Shown here piece by piece: positions 1-55,335 of a stretch of 64,000 nt of DNA. The stretch is from the human T2T-CHM13v2.0 reference genome, Homo sapiens: assembly GCF_009914755.1 (NCBI RefSeq), contig NC_060943.1. One strand, written 5' to 3'. Made by a program: the position numbers and the translations under genes. Each line of letters begins with the position of its first letter. Position 1 is the stretch's first letter. A model generated the notes under the pieces. The model was not told the DNA's origin, made no database searches, and was given only the letters and a program-made list of their open reading frames with translations.

Positions 1-223
1 ACTCCTGTGTTCAAGGAATCTTCCCATCTCAGACTCCCACAGTGCTGGAATTACAGGGATGAGCCACCACACCTGACCCAATTGTCTTTCCGTGGCGAGT
101 TTATTCCATTTCTATTTATTAGGCCTAATAATACCTAAATCATTGGGTTGAATGAATAATTACGATGATCTATGAAAAGCCACTAGCAGAGTTTACTGAT
201 GAAACAACGAAGGCCAGCAATTA

Positions 224-559
224 CGGGCTGAGTATCCCATAGCTAAAATACTTAGGACTGGAAGAATTTTGGATTTCAGATTTTGAAATATTTGCATTTA
301 CATGAGATGCCTTGAAGATGGGATCCAAGTCTAAACACAAATTCATTTATGTTTCATATACACCTTAAACATATAGCCTAATGGTAATTTTATGCAATTT
401 TTAAAAAAATTTTGTGTATGAAACAGTTTTGACTGTTTTGACTATGAGTGGTCGCATGAGGTCAAGTGTAGAATTTTCCACTTGTGGCATTATGCTGGGG
501 CTCCAAAACCTTCCAATTTTGGACAATTTCAGATTTTTGGATTAGGGGTGCTTAGCCTG
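224..559. mobile_element. Tigger4/Zombi-type MITE (Tc1/mariner DNA transposon relic)
   Basis: Terminal inverted repeats cgggctgagtatccc...gggtgcttagcctg with TA on both flanks. Confidence 0.8.
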
Positions 560-1697
560 TACTGTTATGATTAGTAGGTCTCAGGATCCTCAAAGATTAA
601 CTGAGAGCCAAAGTGACCTTTATTCTGAACGCTCAGTCTTCAAATAACTGTTCTGTTTCTATCCATATCCAGCTGCATGGCAGAGCCTTTTAGGAGACGT
701 TTGCTGTTATTACTGCCATATAAATGGGGTCTCTTGGGCTGCCTCCTCTAAGCAGGAAAGGGCCTGTTCTTAAGATAACTGGGCAGGAATTTTAATCCAA
801 AAGAGAAGTGCTAAGGGTGATCTGTCCTTACCCAGGCACAGCAAAGGCAAGGGGAAGTCGAATGCCTCTTGCCACTAAAGGCTCTTTAAATAGACCAGGC
901 ATTCTTGAGCTGCAGTTCATGAATAGGATACAGGGTCCTGAATGCCATGAAAACACATGCAAAATATTGCTGTATATGCCTCTAAGTTTGAGCCTAAAAA
1001 TTTCACTGAAACCTCAAATGTTTTCATGATTAGCCCAACGTGAAATTCAAAAAATAACTCGCCAACTGCTGCCTGTATTTAACATTAATCTTTAAGGTAT
1101 TGTCTTTCAATCTGTAATGCATGCTTCTTTTTAATAAACACTCCCCCTTTCTGTGTAATATAGGTCTCTTTAGTATAAAGCTTGTTCAAATGTCAAACAG
1201 ATAATACTAAACTAGATTAGCACCCCCACTCCACTCCCAACTATATATTCTCAAAGTTCCATGGACTTCTATAATCACACTTTCTTATTTGCAGAATGGT
1301 CATCTCTGTCACTAGGCCATGATCCATGAAGGCAGGGACAAGTATTTACAGTTTGCAAATGTAACTCCAATGCTTAGCATAGTGTTTATATATAGTAGAT
1401 ATTACATTTATATTTCACAAATTATTTCAGTAAGTGAATGAACACTATCAATAAACCTTCTAAGATATCAAAATAACCCTCACCCAAATTGATTTAAGTC
1501 ATCCCCCCTCACCTGAATCTCACAAGCTGTACCACATACCCATTTGAAAAGGCCCCTCAATGTGCAGATACTAGCTTTTCTGGACTTCTATCCCACTTAT
1601 TCTATTCTTCTCACTTGTCCCAAATTCCTCATGCCTGAAAACTCCTTCCCAAAATCTTCAACTGCCCTTGAAACTCATGTTTTGTAACAATAAAATA

Positions 1698-1992
1698 GGA
1701 TGGGTAGGGCGGCTCATGCCTATAATCCCAGCACTTTGGGAGACTGAGGTGGGTGGATCATTTCAGCCCAGGAATTCAAGACCAGCCTGGGCAACATGGT
1801 GAAACCCTGTCTCTACTAAAAACACAAAAAATTAGCCAGGCGTGCTGGTGCATGCCTATAGTCCCAGCTACTCAGGAGGCTGAGGTTTGGAGAATCACCT
1901 GAGCCTCGGAATTCAAGGCTGCAGTGAGCCATGATCACACCATTGCAGTCCAGCCTGGGTAACTGGAGTGAGACCCTGTCTCAAAATCATAA
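1698..1992 (+). mobile_element. Alu (J/S)
   Basis: Dimeric Alu; TSD TAACAATAAAATA. Confidence 0.95.
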
Positions 1993-3624
1993 TAACAATA
2001 AAATATTGCAGTTTCAGTATCCTTCACCAAACATTCCCTATACATCCCTGTGTTAATGGAGACTTATACTTCCTGCTGATGACTTCCCTCCTCCTCAGTC
2101 CTCAGAGGCTAAGAATGCTCATACTCTCCCATCCTAGATCTCAGCATCAAAGAAGGAATGCATGTCCTCCCAGTTACTCTGAAACTCATGCCATTTACCT
2201 CACTTCTTGGAGCTCTGTCCTACCCACCTCCTGAACACCACCCCCACCCCATTCACTGAAGATTCATACTTGGGATTTATCCTCTAATATAAGAACTTGT
2301 AGTGTCTTATCTCATATTGTCTATAGCATCCACTTGTATAGTCAGCTGATGAGAATATAAAAATAACTGACTTTAATGAAGCACTTATGAGTTTGCATGA
2401 AGCACCACCATGGTGCCAGGCATTGTGCTAACATGTCATATGGATTATTCATTTAATTCTCAAAGGGCTCCTGTGAGAAAACACTATTAGCAGTACTATT
2501 TTTTTCTTATGAAGACCAAGGGAGTCAGAGAAATTAAGACATATGCCTAAGGTTAGTAGTAGAGGGATAAAACCTCAAGCTTGCACACTGATGACTGTGT
2601 TCTCAGTCATCAGTTCATATGGCTAACCCAAGTCTCATATTCTGAAGCTGCTCTTCATCAGCTCATTCTTCGGGGGACACCCCAGACCTTGAAATTGTCA
2701 TAAAACACTCCACCTTTTGAATCACAAATACAAAACTGCCCACGTTTCACTACAATGTCAGATTGCTCCACTGTATTGGCTCAGTTTTTTCCCTTTACTC
2801 TTGTTCCTTGAAAGTTTAAGGCCATTATGCTACCGAAATGTCTACTATTACCACTACCAGCCTATATTCTTTTTCATTTCTACTTAGTGGGCTCTTTATC
2901 ACTTCCATATTAATTACTCAATTTAAGGTTCATGGATCATTCTTTTTAATCTTTCTACTTGACGTATTTTTAAATTCTCTTTCAAGTATTCCCTTGACCT
3001 TTGGAGTGTCCACTCCATAGGAAGTGGACCTGGCAAATTACAAAAACTAAATGAATCTGAATGTCAATCTGCTATCTGTGGAAAGTGGGCTACAAATTGC
3101 CACTGCAGGGAAAAATCCACAAAAGCAGCAGGATAGAGTATTATAAATTAATGGCCACTATCTCTGAATGAAACTTTCAGATTGACCAGCAATCCTATTA
3201 CATTTACTGGAGCAGCCTGTTTCCTCTCATAATCCAAAATTGCTATTTTAAGCCTTCTCTACCCTTGTCATACATCTCTCCATTCCAATTCCCACCATCA
3301 TGCTCATCTGATTTTTCGCAGTGAAAGATCAAGCTTTCAAATAATTCCCTCAACCTCACTGTTCCTATATAAATCCTTCTCCTCATATAGAGCTAATTTA
3401 TTCAAGATGTTCTGAATTAATTTCTCTGGTGCTAACCAAGGACTGTGCTTTATAGTTTCTCTCTTGTTGCCTGATGAATAACTTTTTTTCCTCTACTAAC
3501 TCCTTCCTGTAATCATTTAAACTGAATTGAATATTTTCAATCCCTTTAAAAAAAACCCTCAATCTCAAAAGTCCTTGAAGTTTTCACTTTCTTCTACCTT
3601 TCACACAATAACCAAACTTCTTGA

Positions 3625-3953
<329 letters not shown>

Positions 3954-4028
3954 TATTTCCTCACTTTCTACTCACTTCCCAGCCATGCACATTTCTCAGT
4001 GTAAAGACAGAGGCCTTGCCCAACCTAC

Positions 4029-19748
<15,720 letters not shown>

Positions 19749-20546
19749 CGGACACCAAGCCCTGCCCCACGCCCCTACCAACCTGGGCGTCCGCTGGCCC
19801 GCAGCCCAGGCTGGGCCTGTCACCGCCTCAGTGCCTAGCACGGCTCTGCGGCAGGACGAACTCGGGTTAGGCAACCCCCTGCCCCGATTCTGCAACACGG
19901 CCGACTCGGGTTAAGCTAGTTCGGTCCCCTCTCCTAGTCAGCATCCGCAAGGCCGCTGGGGGTTAAGTCTGAAGGGCCGAGCTGCTCGGCGACAGCAAGC
20001 GTCCGCGCGCGGGACAATGGCTGCTCTTGTGGCCGAACCCGGAAGTGCACTTGGGCTCGGAGAGCCAGAACTACAATTCCCAGAAGCCTCCGCGGCGCGG
20101 GCGGTCAGTAGGCGGGGTTCCGGCTTCTCCAAGGAAGTGGGGCGGGGGACCCGGGCAGAAGCTAAGAGGGCGTCCTCGTCCGGGGCCCGGCGGGGCGCCA
20201 CACCTGTGCATGTGCAGGTCTAGGGGGAGCACTAAGACCAGCCGCGGCGCCGGGAGGCCGAGGCCAGTGCAGCGACGCGTGGGGAGTCGCTCTGGCGTGA
20301 CGTCAGAATCCAATAGAAATGGCGGGGACCCTTTCTGGGTGCCCCCTGCCTGTCAGACGCTGCGCGCGACCCCTTGTCTCCTCTAGTCCTAGGGGAAACC
20401 TGTGAGACAGTTGCGACATCCCCATTTTACAGTGGAGGGAGCGTCTACCGAACCCTTCAGGAATCTATGTTTTTACATTTAATAATACTAAAATATAATC
20501 ATTTTATTTTTAAATTTTGAGTTCTTTCTCTGCCTATAAGGCCTGA

Positions 20547-20872
<326 letters not shown>

Positions 20873-22475
20873 GTCCCCTTTTCTCTTTGCCCTCATTTCT
20901 TGCCCATTTGCTTGGCACATTTTCCCCATTCTCCAACAGATCCAGCAGACTCCAGCCCCTGGTCGTTTGCAGGTGCTCTTTGCACTCCCTAGCAGCCTCT
21001 CCTGAGGGATTCATTTGGCTCTCACCGTCTGGTAATTAGGGGAATATCATCTTCTCATGAGGCATTGCCCCACCACCCGTTGTGAACTTGCAAGCAAACG
21101 CTTCCCTCCCCACATGCTCTGTGCCTCCCCCTTCATCTTTTATTTTTTTCTCTAAAGAACTTTTCACTATCTAGCACACTATATATTTTAATTATTTATT
21201 TGGTCTACTGTCCGACCTACCACTACGATGTCAATTCCATAAGGAAAAGCATTTTATCGATGTTGATCACTGCTGCATCCCCAACACCTAAAAAAAAAAA
21301 AAAGAGAGAGACCTGGCACATAATAGATGCTCAATAAATATTCGTTGACTAAATAAAGGTTCCTGTCTCTGTATTAAACACTTTAATATTTCATTACCAA
21401 GCCCAATCAGCCTATGAGGTAGTTGTGTTAATTTTCATCCTACCAGGGAGGTAGCTGAAAATTGGAGCCCTGCTGTATGAAAATACATAATTTTTTAGTT
21501 TTTAAAATGCTTGTCAAAGCACTCCTGTAGTTTTCTTCACGTAAATTCTGACCTTTAAAAACAATGAATTATTACTATTTGAAATGTAATCTCTATCCCC
21601 AAAGCTTCTTATTATTGGTTATTGTGGTTGATCTTTTAAAAAATACTTATTTTGTATCTGGTTAACCTACTGCAATGTTATTAATTCTTACAATACTCCA
21701 GTTGACTCTCTTGGCTTTTCTATTGAGACAGTTATCTACAATTTCATCTTTTCCTTACCAGTATTTTAAATTAGACATTCTCTTTCATGTTGGATTATAT
21801 TGGCTACCATTTCCAAAAAAGTATTACTAAAAGAGGCATTCTTGTTTGTGTTCTTTTAATGGACATATCTCTGAAGTTTGAGGGTTAAATGTGACATCGG
21901 TTTCTACATTGAAGTAAGTAGCTTATTTTTTTAACCTTTTATTTTGTAAATTTCAAAACAAAAGTAGGGACTCAATTAATGACTCCCCATGACCTATGTC
22001 ATCCAACTTAAATATTTTCACTCAGTCTTGTTTCATCTGTATTTCCACCTATGTTGTGCATTTGAGACCAAGATGTTGAACTCTAGAGTCCATGCTCTTA
22101 ACTTTTACATTATGTTGCCGCTTGTCTACACATCAGTATCTTTCCTCTACGTGCAAGCAATACTAAGTTTGCAAACAAAACAGAAAAAGTTCGTATGTAT
22201 TCACAAAAAAGCAAAAAAAAAAAAAAGCCTTATAAGTAAATTTAGTAAGATAAATATGTCATCTGAAGAAACCCTCAAAACCTTACTGAGAGAGAAAAAT
22301 GGACAAATAGAAATGCTGTGTTGCTAGCTGTGTGTTGTAAAGATGTAAAATCTTGCAGATTGATCTGCAAATACAAATATGACAAAATCAGAATGGGATG
22401 CTTTGAGTGTTAGGTCGTCTTCCTTTTTTCACTTCATTTATTTTTCTGCTAATTGTTTAAGATATTCAGAAAATA

Positions 22476-23312
<837 letters not shown>

Positions 23313-23867
23313 TTATCTGTCAACTGTCGGGAAGAGCTGAGACCAAAGTTTATATTAAGATTCTGTTTATTGGCCATGAATTGGATAAGGGCTCAAGATA
23401 CAGTGAAGAGCAAGAAGATTATGAATCCATTTACTATAAATACTAGAAAACAAAGTAAGAGTAACGAGAGGGTAAAAGGGCATGATCTGTCTCTAGGATG
23501 TCAGGGGGAGGGGGACATTTCTTGGCAGGGAAGAGGAAAGTTCCCAGGGTTCAAATAGGGTGGTGTTTCTGGTACTACTGAGTGCAACCCTTAAGATCCT
23601 AATTCCGGTCTCTTGTATCACATCTAATGATTAATTTTTAAAATCTGAATTAATGTTATCATCATTATGATAGCCATTCAGCTCCAAGGATAGCAACAAC
23701 CCATTCTGAAAACTCTTCATTTCCAGGAGTTTTCAGTGTTGGTTTCCCCCTGTGTTAACAGTCCTTTTTTGTCTCCTTTGCTTGATCTCTCCTGTAAACA
23801 TCAGAGGAACCCAGGAATCAGCTGTCAGCCTGTCCCTTGCCTTGTCTTCATCCACTCTGCTTGGGGT

Positions 23868-24841
23868 TGACATAACAGGCCTATTGCTCAAACTCTGTAA
23901 GTTCCCCAGAAGGTCCTGTTTTCCTGACTAGCCTTTGGGCAGCTCTGGGAACTGAGCTCTCATAATGTTCTATCTGGTAAGAGTGCTTTTGTTTGCCTGA
24001 GGCCTTGAGCCGTGCTGTACCACTTTGTCCAGATGGTTTATACTAACAGTGTAATTTATGGAGGAACATCTGCTTTCCTTCTAGGAGTCTGGCGCTTCAG
24101 TGACTGACCCTTTATAAAAACCATGGACACCCAGGTTTAGGTGAGCTTCCCTCGATGGCAATGCTTCACACACGTTGTCACACATCATTGCTGGGGGATT
24201 TCCCATGTGCTGTGGTTTGGATATTTGTCTCCTCCAAAACTCATGTTGAAACTTAATCCCCAGTGTGGCAATATTGAGAGGTGGGGGTTTTTAAGAAGTG
24301 ATTGGCTCATGAGGGTTTTGCCTTCATGAATGGATTAATCCATTCATGGACTAATGGATTAACGGGTTATCATGGGAGTGGAACTGGTAGCTTCATAAGA
24401 AAAGAAAGAGAAACATGAGCTAACATGTTACCACACTCAGTCCCCTTGGCATGTGATTCCCTGCACCACTTCAGGACTCCACAGAGAGTCCCCACCAGCA
24501 AGAAGTGCTCTCACCAGATGCAACCCCTAGACCTTAGACTTCTAAGCCTCCATAACTGTAAGAAATAAATTTCCTTTTTAAAACAAATTACCCAGATTTA
24601 GATATTCTGTTATAGGCCAAAGAAAGCAGACTAATACACCATGTGACTCCACTGAAAGAGAACACTTGGAAGCTGGTGCAGGGTATCCTCCAGACTTCAC
24701 CCCATGCACCTTTTCCCTTTGCTAATTTTATTCTCCATCCTTTTGCTGTAATAAACTATAACCATGAGTATAACAATTGGGTCCTATGAATTCCTCTAGA
24801 AAATCTTTGAGCATGAGGTGGTCTTGGGGACCCCCCTGACA
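23868..24841 (+). mobile_element. MER21-like LTR interrupted by an MST LTR
   Basis: LTR-like sequence ending gtcttggggacccccctgaca; continuous across the MST insertion. Confidence 0.65.
24208..24638 (+). mobile_element. MST (MaLR) solo LTR
   Basis: TG...CA ends (tgctgtggtttggat...gactaataca); 5-bp TSD CCATG. Confidence 0.88.
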
Positions 24842-25217
24842 GAGGAGCTCATCCAGCCCCATAACTTTAAGTCCCACTGACAACTCTCAAATGTGTATCT
24901 CCAGCCATGATCTGTCTAGATTTTTATGAACAATTGCCTACTTGATTCTGCAACTGATTCTTGACATGTCTAAATTCTTGACATGAAGCAAATTCTTTAT
25001 TTCTCTCCTTATCCCAAAGTTTCTCAGAAAGTGACCTGCCAATCATCCAGTTGCCCTGGCAAGAAACCATGGAGATATCCTTGTCTCCTAACTCTCTTTA
25101 CCTTCAGCAAATCTCATTCTGACTCTCTCCGCCCCTGCAGTTCTCAGGATTCTAAGCATTTCATGCCTACCTCTCCTCAGGAGCCTCAATCCCTCACTTC
25201 ACTACGTGTTTTCTCCT

Positions 25218-25223
25218 TTTATT
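25218..25223 (-). terminator. Candidate CEACAM20 polyadenylation signal AATAAA
   Basis: First canonical AATAAA I found on the minus strand downstream of the stop (~450 nt). Confidence 0.45.
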
Positions 25224-25671
25224 AAGAGCTCTTAATTTCTTAAGAGCTCCTTGTTCCTTATCTTCTATCATGATTTGAAAAGCCACTTCTTCTCTGACAC
25301 CTGTCTTTGTCCCCTACTCCTCTCTGGCTGACTCAGACTCACTCTTCTCTCTGGAGTCCACCAACAGTGTTTGCTCATCCTCAGCCTGCAACTATGATAT
25401 CCTAAGCTGTTCAGTCTCAAACCTTGGTCCTCTAACTCTAGATCCACGGGCTGTCATTTTTACCCTTACTATTGCTTTGAAAAAAAATATGAGTCAAAAT
25501 CTAAGATTCTATGGGAGCCAGGGCCTGACCAACCCATTGCAGTAGAACATCACAAGGTCTACAGAGATGACAGAGAATGACTGGCTTATAATATGCACTT
25601 AATAAATGTCATTAAATATATGATCAAGCATGGTTTCTCTAGGACTCCTGGAGAAAAGATCTCTGCTTCCA

Positions 25672-48963
<23,292 letters not shown>

Positions 48964-49420
48964 GGGTCCCGGCACCTGACTTCAGTGTGCCAGGCCGTCT
49001 GTCGCCCCGGCTTGCACACACAGATACAGTCCTCACTCCAGGTGCAGCCCCTCCACCTCCCTTCTCTCCTCTCCCACCCTGCTACAAACTCACACACACA
49101 CTGCAGTAACTGCAGCTCCCAGGACAGACAGGGGTGGTGGCAGGAAAGTAACTTTGACCCCACCTCTGCCCTCTACCCCCAGGGCTCACTTTCCTTCCCT
49201 GCCCAGCACAAAGAGCGGGAAGTCCAGGAACCCTGGAGACCGGGAACTGCGATTACGATAGTCAATAGCAATGATAATAAAAAACAACAATGACCAGCTC
49301 CTTGTCCCCGAGAGCTTAATAACCAGTCCCAGTGCCAAGTTCATTATAAGCAGCCAATAAATATTAAATGAGCCGGAATCATGCTTGTGATATAGATCCT
49401 GGTCATAAACAAAAGCTCTG
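48964..49420 (-). promoter_or_regulatory. CEACAM20 5' UTR and proximal promoter
   Basis: Upstream of ATG; HNF4/DR1-like GGGTCAAAGTTAC (minus strand, 49148-49160), CACCC boxes, CDX-type CCAATAAA 49354-49361 and GTCATAAA 49402-49409. Confidence 0.6.
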
Positions 49421-49706
49421 GAGTCAGACCGGCAGGAATCTCAGACTGAGCAGGACTGGGGGACCTCCAGGAGGAGCCTGACGTGGTCTTGGGAGAAGGG
49501 GCAGGGAGGGCCTCCTGGAGGAGTGGACATCTGAGCTGAAACTTCGAGAACATAGTAAAGGTTCCATATATAAAAGTTACTTAAAAAAAAATCTCTATGA
49601 CAAGACAAGCTGGTGGTCTTTGACAGTGTATAGACCTAGACCCAGAAGATTTAACAGAACCGACCAGCTGAGGGAACTATCATTAATCCATGTATCCATC
49701 CATTAA

Positions 49707-50030
<324 letters not shown>

Positions 50031-50670
50031 TGAATTCTCTCCTATGCTGACCCCTGCTCCTGGTGGTACTGGGGACACAGCTCTGACTAAGACAGCCCCA
50101 ACCCTGTTCTCACAGAGGCTCACAGTCCAGTGGGGGAGACAGAACTGTCCCCAGACAGTGACAACCCAGAGTGGGCAGGGCTGGGATGGAGGAATTCAAA
50201 GGGGGCGCCTGGCTCAGCTTCAGGATCAGGGAGAGCTTCCTGGAAGAGGGGACATGGTAGCTGAGACCTGAACAACATAGGGGTGAGCCAGGGGGAGCAG
50301 CATGTGAAAAGTTTTTGAAATTGGGGCACAGAAGGAAGGTCAGGTGGGTCTAGAATAGAGGAAGTGAGAGAGGATGGATGATTCAACAGGCGGCTTAGAA
50401 AACTCTGGAACTGTTACTTAGGGTATGAGGGGCAGCTTGGCATTGCAAGAAAGAGATCGTGACTCACTCAGCTGCCTCGTTTTGCTGCCCTGCTTCCGTC
50501 TTGCTCCTGCTACAGGCAGTCACAAAGTATCTGCCCTGATAAAGCATAAGGCCGAGCCAGCTGGCTCTGGAGCCAGAGTGCATGGGTTCAAATCCTGACT
50601 CCCCGACTTGCTAACTGGGTGGCCTCAGCAGGTCAGCTCCCCTCTCTAGGGACTACTTTCCTCAGCTCTA

Positions 50671-50847
<177 letters not shown>

Positions 50848-51234
50848 CTAGGAAGCTCTGTGGTTATGAGCACTTGACCTCAGTGTGCCAGGCCATCTGT
50901 CACCCTTGCTTGTGGCACCATTTACAAGCACTAGGCTAGCTGGCTGCCTGGGCTGGCAAGACAGTCCTTTACATCCCAGCCATGGTTCATTGGGAAAAAT
51001 TTGTCACCCTTGCATGCTTCCGTGTGCTCCATCTGCAGACTGGGAGAAATCACAGACTCCCCGCACAAGACGGTTGTGAGGATCGAATGAGTGAGTGCCA
51101 GGAAAGTGCTCAGAGCAATGCCTGGCACAGCGTAAGCCATCAACAAATGTGAATTCCCACTGGATGTCATGACTGCCCTGCATCATAATCTCACTGCAGC
51201 CCTGTGAGGGGGTACGCATTCATTCACTCTGTTA

Positions 51235-51577
51235 CTGCTGTGGACTGAATGTTTGTCTCTCTGTCATTCAGATGTTGAAGAAATCCTGATCCTGCACGTG
51301 ATGGTTTTAGGAGGCAGAAACTTTGGGAGGTAATCAGGTCCCTCCCAATGGGATTAGTGCTCTTATAAAAGGGACCTCAGAGAGCTCTCTTGTTCACTTT
51401 CCACCACGTGGGGAATGCAACAAGAAGACAGCAGTCTGTCACCCAAGAAGAGAGCCCCCACCAGAACCTGACAAAGCTACCACCCTCATATAGGCCTTCC
51501 AGCCTCCAGAACTGCATGAAATAGCTTTCTGTTCTTTACAAATCACCCATTCTGTGGTCTGTTCTAGCAGCCCGAAC
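51235..51577 (+). mobile_element. MLT1A-type solo LTR
   Basis: tgctgtggactgaatgtttgt...tagcagcccgaactgac. Confidence 0.8.
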
Positions 51578-51669
51578 TGACCGAGAGCCACTCAACATAT
51601 ATTTCGTGAGTGTCTACTGTGCCTGTTCTAGGTGCTGGGGACATAGCAGGTAATGAGACCATCAGACGA

Positions 51670-51992
51670 GGCCAGGTGCAGTGGCTCATGCCCATAAATC
51701 CAACACTTTGGGAGGCCAAGGTGGGATGATTGCTTGAGCCCAGGAGTTTGAGACCAGCCTGGGCACCCCTCTCTACAAAAAAATTAAAATAAAAAAAAAT
51801 AGGCATAGTGGTGCGTATCTGTGGTTGCAGCTACTCAGGAGGCTGAAGAGGGAGGATTGCTTGGGTCTGGGAGTTCGAGGCTGCAGTGAGCCATGATCGC
51901 ACCGCTGCACTCCAGCCTGGGTGATGGAGCAAGACTCTGAAAAAAAAAAAAGAAAAAGAAAGAAAGAAAGAAAGAGAAAGAAAGGAAAGAAA

Positions 51993-52052
<60 letters not shown>

Positions 52053-52110
52053 AAAGAAAGAAAGGAGGGAGGGAGGGAAGGAAGGAAGAAAGGAAGGAGA
52101 AAAAAAAAAG
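51670..52110 (+). mobile_element. AluJ with expanded (GAAA)n tail
   Basis: Alu consensus plus microsatellite. Confidence 0.9.
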
Positions 52111-53028
52111 AGTGGGGTAAGGAATATGATTATTCCATCCCATAGTTAAAAACACTGAAGCTCACAGAGGTGAGATGACTTGGATAAAGTCACAGGACAT
52201 CTCAGGCCCTGGCCCTCAACCTCCATGTGCGTGTGCCTTTTTCCAAGGGCCCTTCGCTATTCCCCAGCCACACCTTTCTGTACACCCAGATCAATGAACA
52301 CCAATGTGGCCACATCACCCCGCCACGCCTTCAGACTCTATGGGTCCCTGTACTGAAGGCGCCTGACCCAGACCAGCCCAGCATTCAAGGCCTCTGCCAC
52401 CCACCTCGTTCTTCCCAGAATGTCTGAACCTTCTGACCACCCACCTTCTCCTAAGCCAGCTTCCCTCCCCACCACCTCTGCCCTGAGGCACTCTCCCCTC
52501 TTCCCCTCCTCCCCATCCAAGACAACAGAGCTGCTGCTGGAATGGACTTCCCAAATCTGCCCCTTCATGCAAAAGCAGGGTTTCCTCTCCTGAAATTCCC
52601 ACCAACTCACCCACTCAGCCCCCAGGGCAGATTCTGTTTTTTGCTGCCCCAAGGAAAGAAAGGGACTTTCTGGGCCCCTCCCTGTAGCACAACTTCCAAT
52701 TATTTCCAACAGGTGAAAATAAACCAGGTCCTCTCCACTTCCCACCCTTACCTACCAGGTCTCAGCCATGCAGGCTGGCTCAAAATTGTGTCTTCCCACG
52801 GGACTGACCTCCCAGCCCAGGATGCTGCCCTATGACTGTGCCCTCACTGAGGCCATTCACTCAGCAAAGATTTGTATGGCCCTACTATGTGCCAGGCACT
52901 GTTTCAGGTATCAGGGCACGCCAGCAAATGAAACAAACAGAGATCTCTGCCTTTATAGAAATGACATGTAATGAGTGCTGGGAGGGGAGGAGGGAGACAG
53001 ATAATAATTGAGATACGTGGAAAATAAC

Positions 53029-53884
<856 letters not shown>

Positions 53885-54139
53885 CTATCTATGATGTTGG
53901 AAAGTGATGTGTGCCATGGGGGATGAGGGCAGGCAGCGTCAGAGTGCCAGAGTGGGCACGCAGGATTCAATGCTAAAGCAGGCAGTCTGGGTAGCCCCAT
54001 GGAGTTTTAAGCAACGACTTGAAGGAGGTGAGAGGGCAAAATATACATACATTTGGAGGTTTCTAAGAATTAATTCACTTCTGAAAAAAAAAAATGCAGG
54101 CAGAGTCCCAAGGAGCCATTCCCTGCTTCCTGCATTTAA

Positions 54140-55335
54140 ATAACTGAGTTTTCTATCTGCTGCCACAATAAATGCCTCCAGACTTGGCAGCTTAAAACAA
54201 CATAAGTTTATCCTTTTGCAGTTCTGTAGATAGAAGTCCAGGATGGCTAAATGACTTCTCTGCTCTGGGCTTTATGGAGCTAAAATAAAGGTGTTGGCAG
54301 CTGAGCTCTTAATGGGGGAGCTTTGGGAAGAATCTGCTTCCAAGCTGTCATTCAGGCTGTGGTTGGCAGAATCAAACTCCTTGGTATTATAAAGCTGGAA
54401 ACCTGTTTCTGCGATGGTTGCCAGCTGAGGGCTGCCCTTAGCTCTGGAGGCCTCTCTCCTGTCCTTGCCTTTGAGCCTGTACATCTCAGAGCCAGCAACG
54501 CCACAACAAATCCTTCTCGGGCTTGGGATCTCTCTGGATTCCCTGTCTGCTGCATCTCTTCACAATTTTTTTTTTCTTTTTAGAGACAGGGTCTCCCTCT
54601 GTCGCCCAAGCAGTGGTGCAATCATAGCTCACTGCAGCCTTGAACTCCTGGGCTGAAGAAATCCTCCTGCCTTGGCCTCCAAAAGCACTGGGATTACAGG
54701 CATGAGCCACTGCACCAGGCCCTCTGTCTGCCGTGTCTCTCTTCTGCTTCCAGCTGGGGAAAGTTATCTGCTTTGAAGGGCTTGGGTGATTAGGTTGGAC
54801 CCACCTTGATAATCCAGGATAATCTCCTTATTTTGAAGTTTGTAACTGTATTAGTCCGTTTTCACACTGCTGATAAACTGAGCAGCTTACAAAAGAAAGA
54901 GATTTAATGGACTTACAGTTCCACATGACGGGGGAGGCCTCACAATCATGGCAGAAGGCAAGGAGGAGCAAGTCACATCTTACATGGGTGGCAGCAGGCA
55001 AAGAGAGAGCTTGTACAGGGAAACTCCCCCTTATAAAACCATCAGATCTCATGAGACTTATTCACTCTCAGGAGAACAGCACAGGAAAGACCTGCCCCCC
55101 TGATTCAATTACCTCCCACCAGGTCCCTCCCACAATACACGGGAATTCAGATGAGATTTGGGTGGGGACCACAAAACCTAACCACATCAGTAACCTTAAT
55201 TACATCTGCAAAGTCATTTTGCTTTTGTAATGTAACATATTCACAGGTTTGTTCATTTTTTATGGCTGAGTAGTATTTCATGGTGAATATATATCACAGG
55301 TTCCAGGAACTAGGATGTGGGCACCTTTGGTGGGG
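54140..55335 (-). mobile_element. MLT1 LTR interrupted by an Alu monomer (54565-54722) and a THE1 LTR (54847-55189, TSD GTAAC)
   Basis: MaLR motifs continue across both inserts; THE1 has TG...CA ends. Confidence 0.82.
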
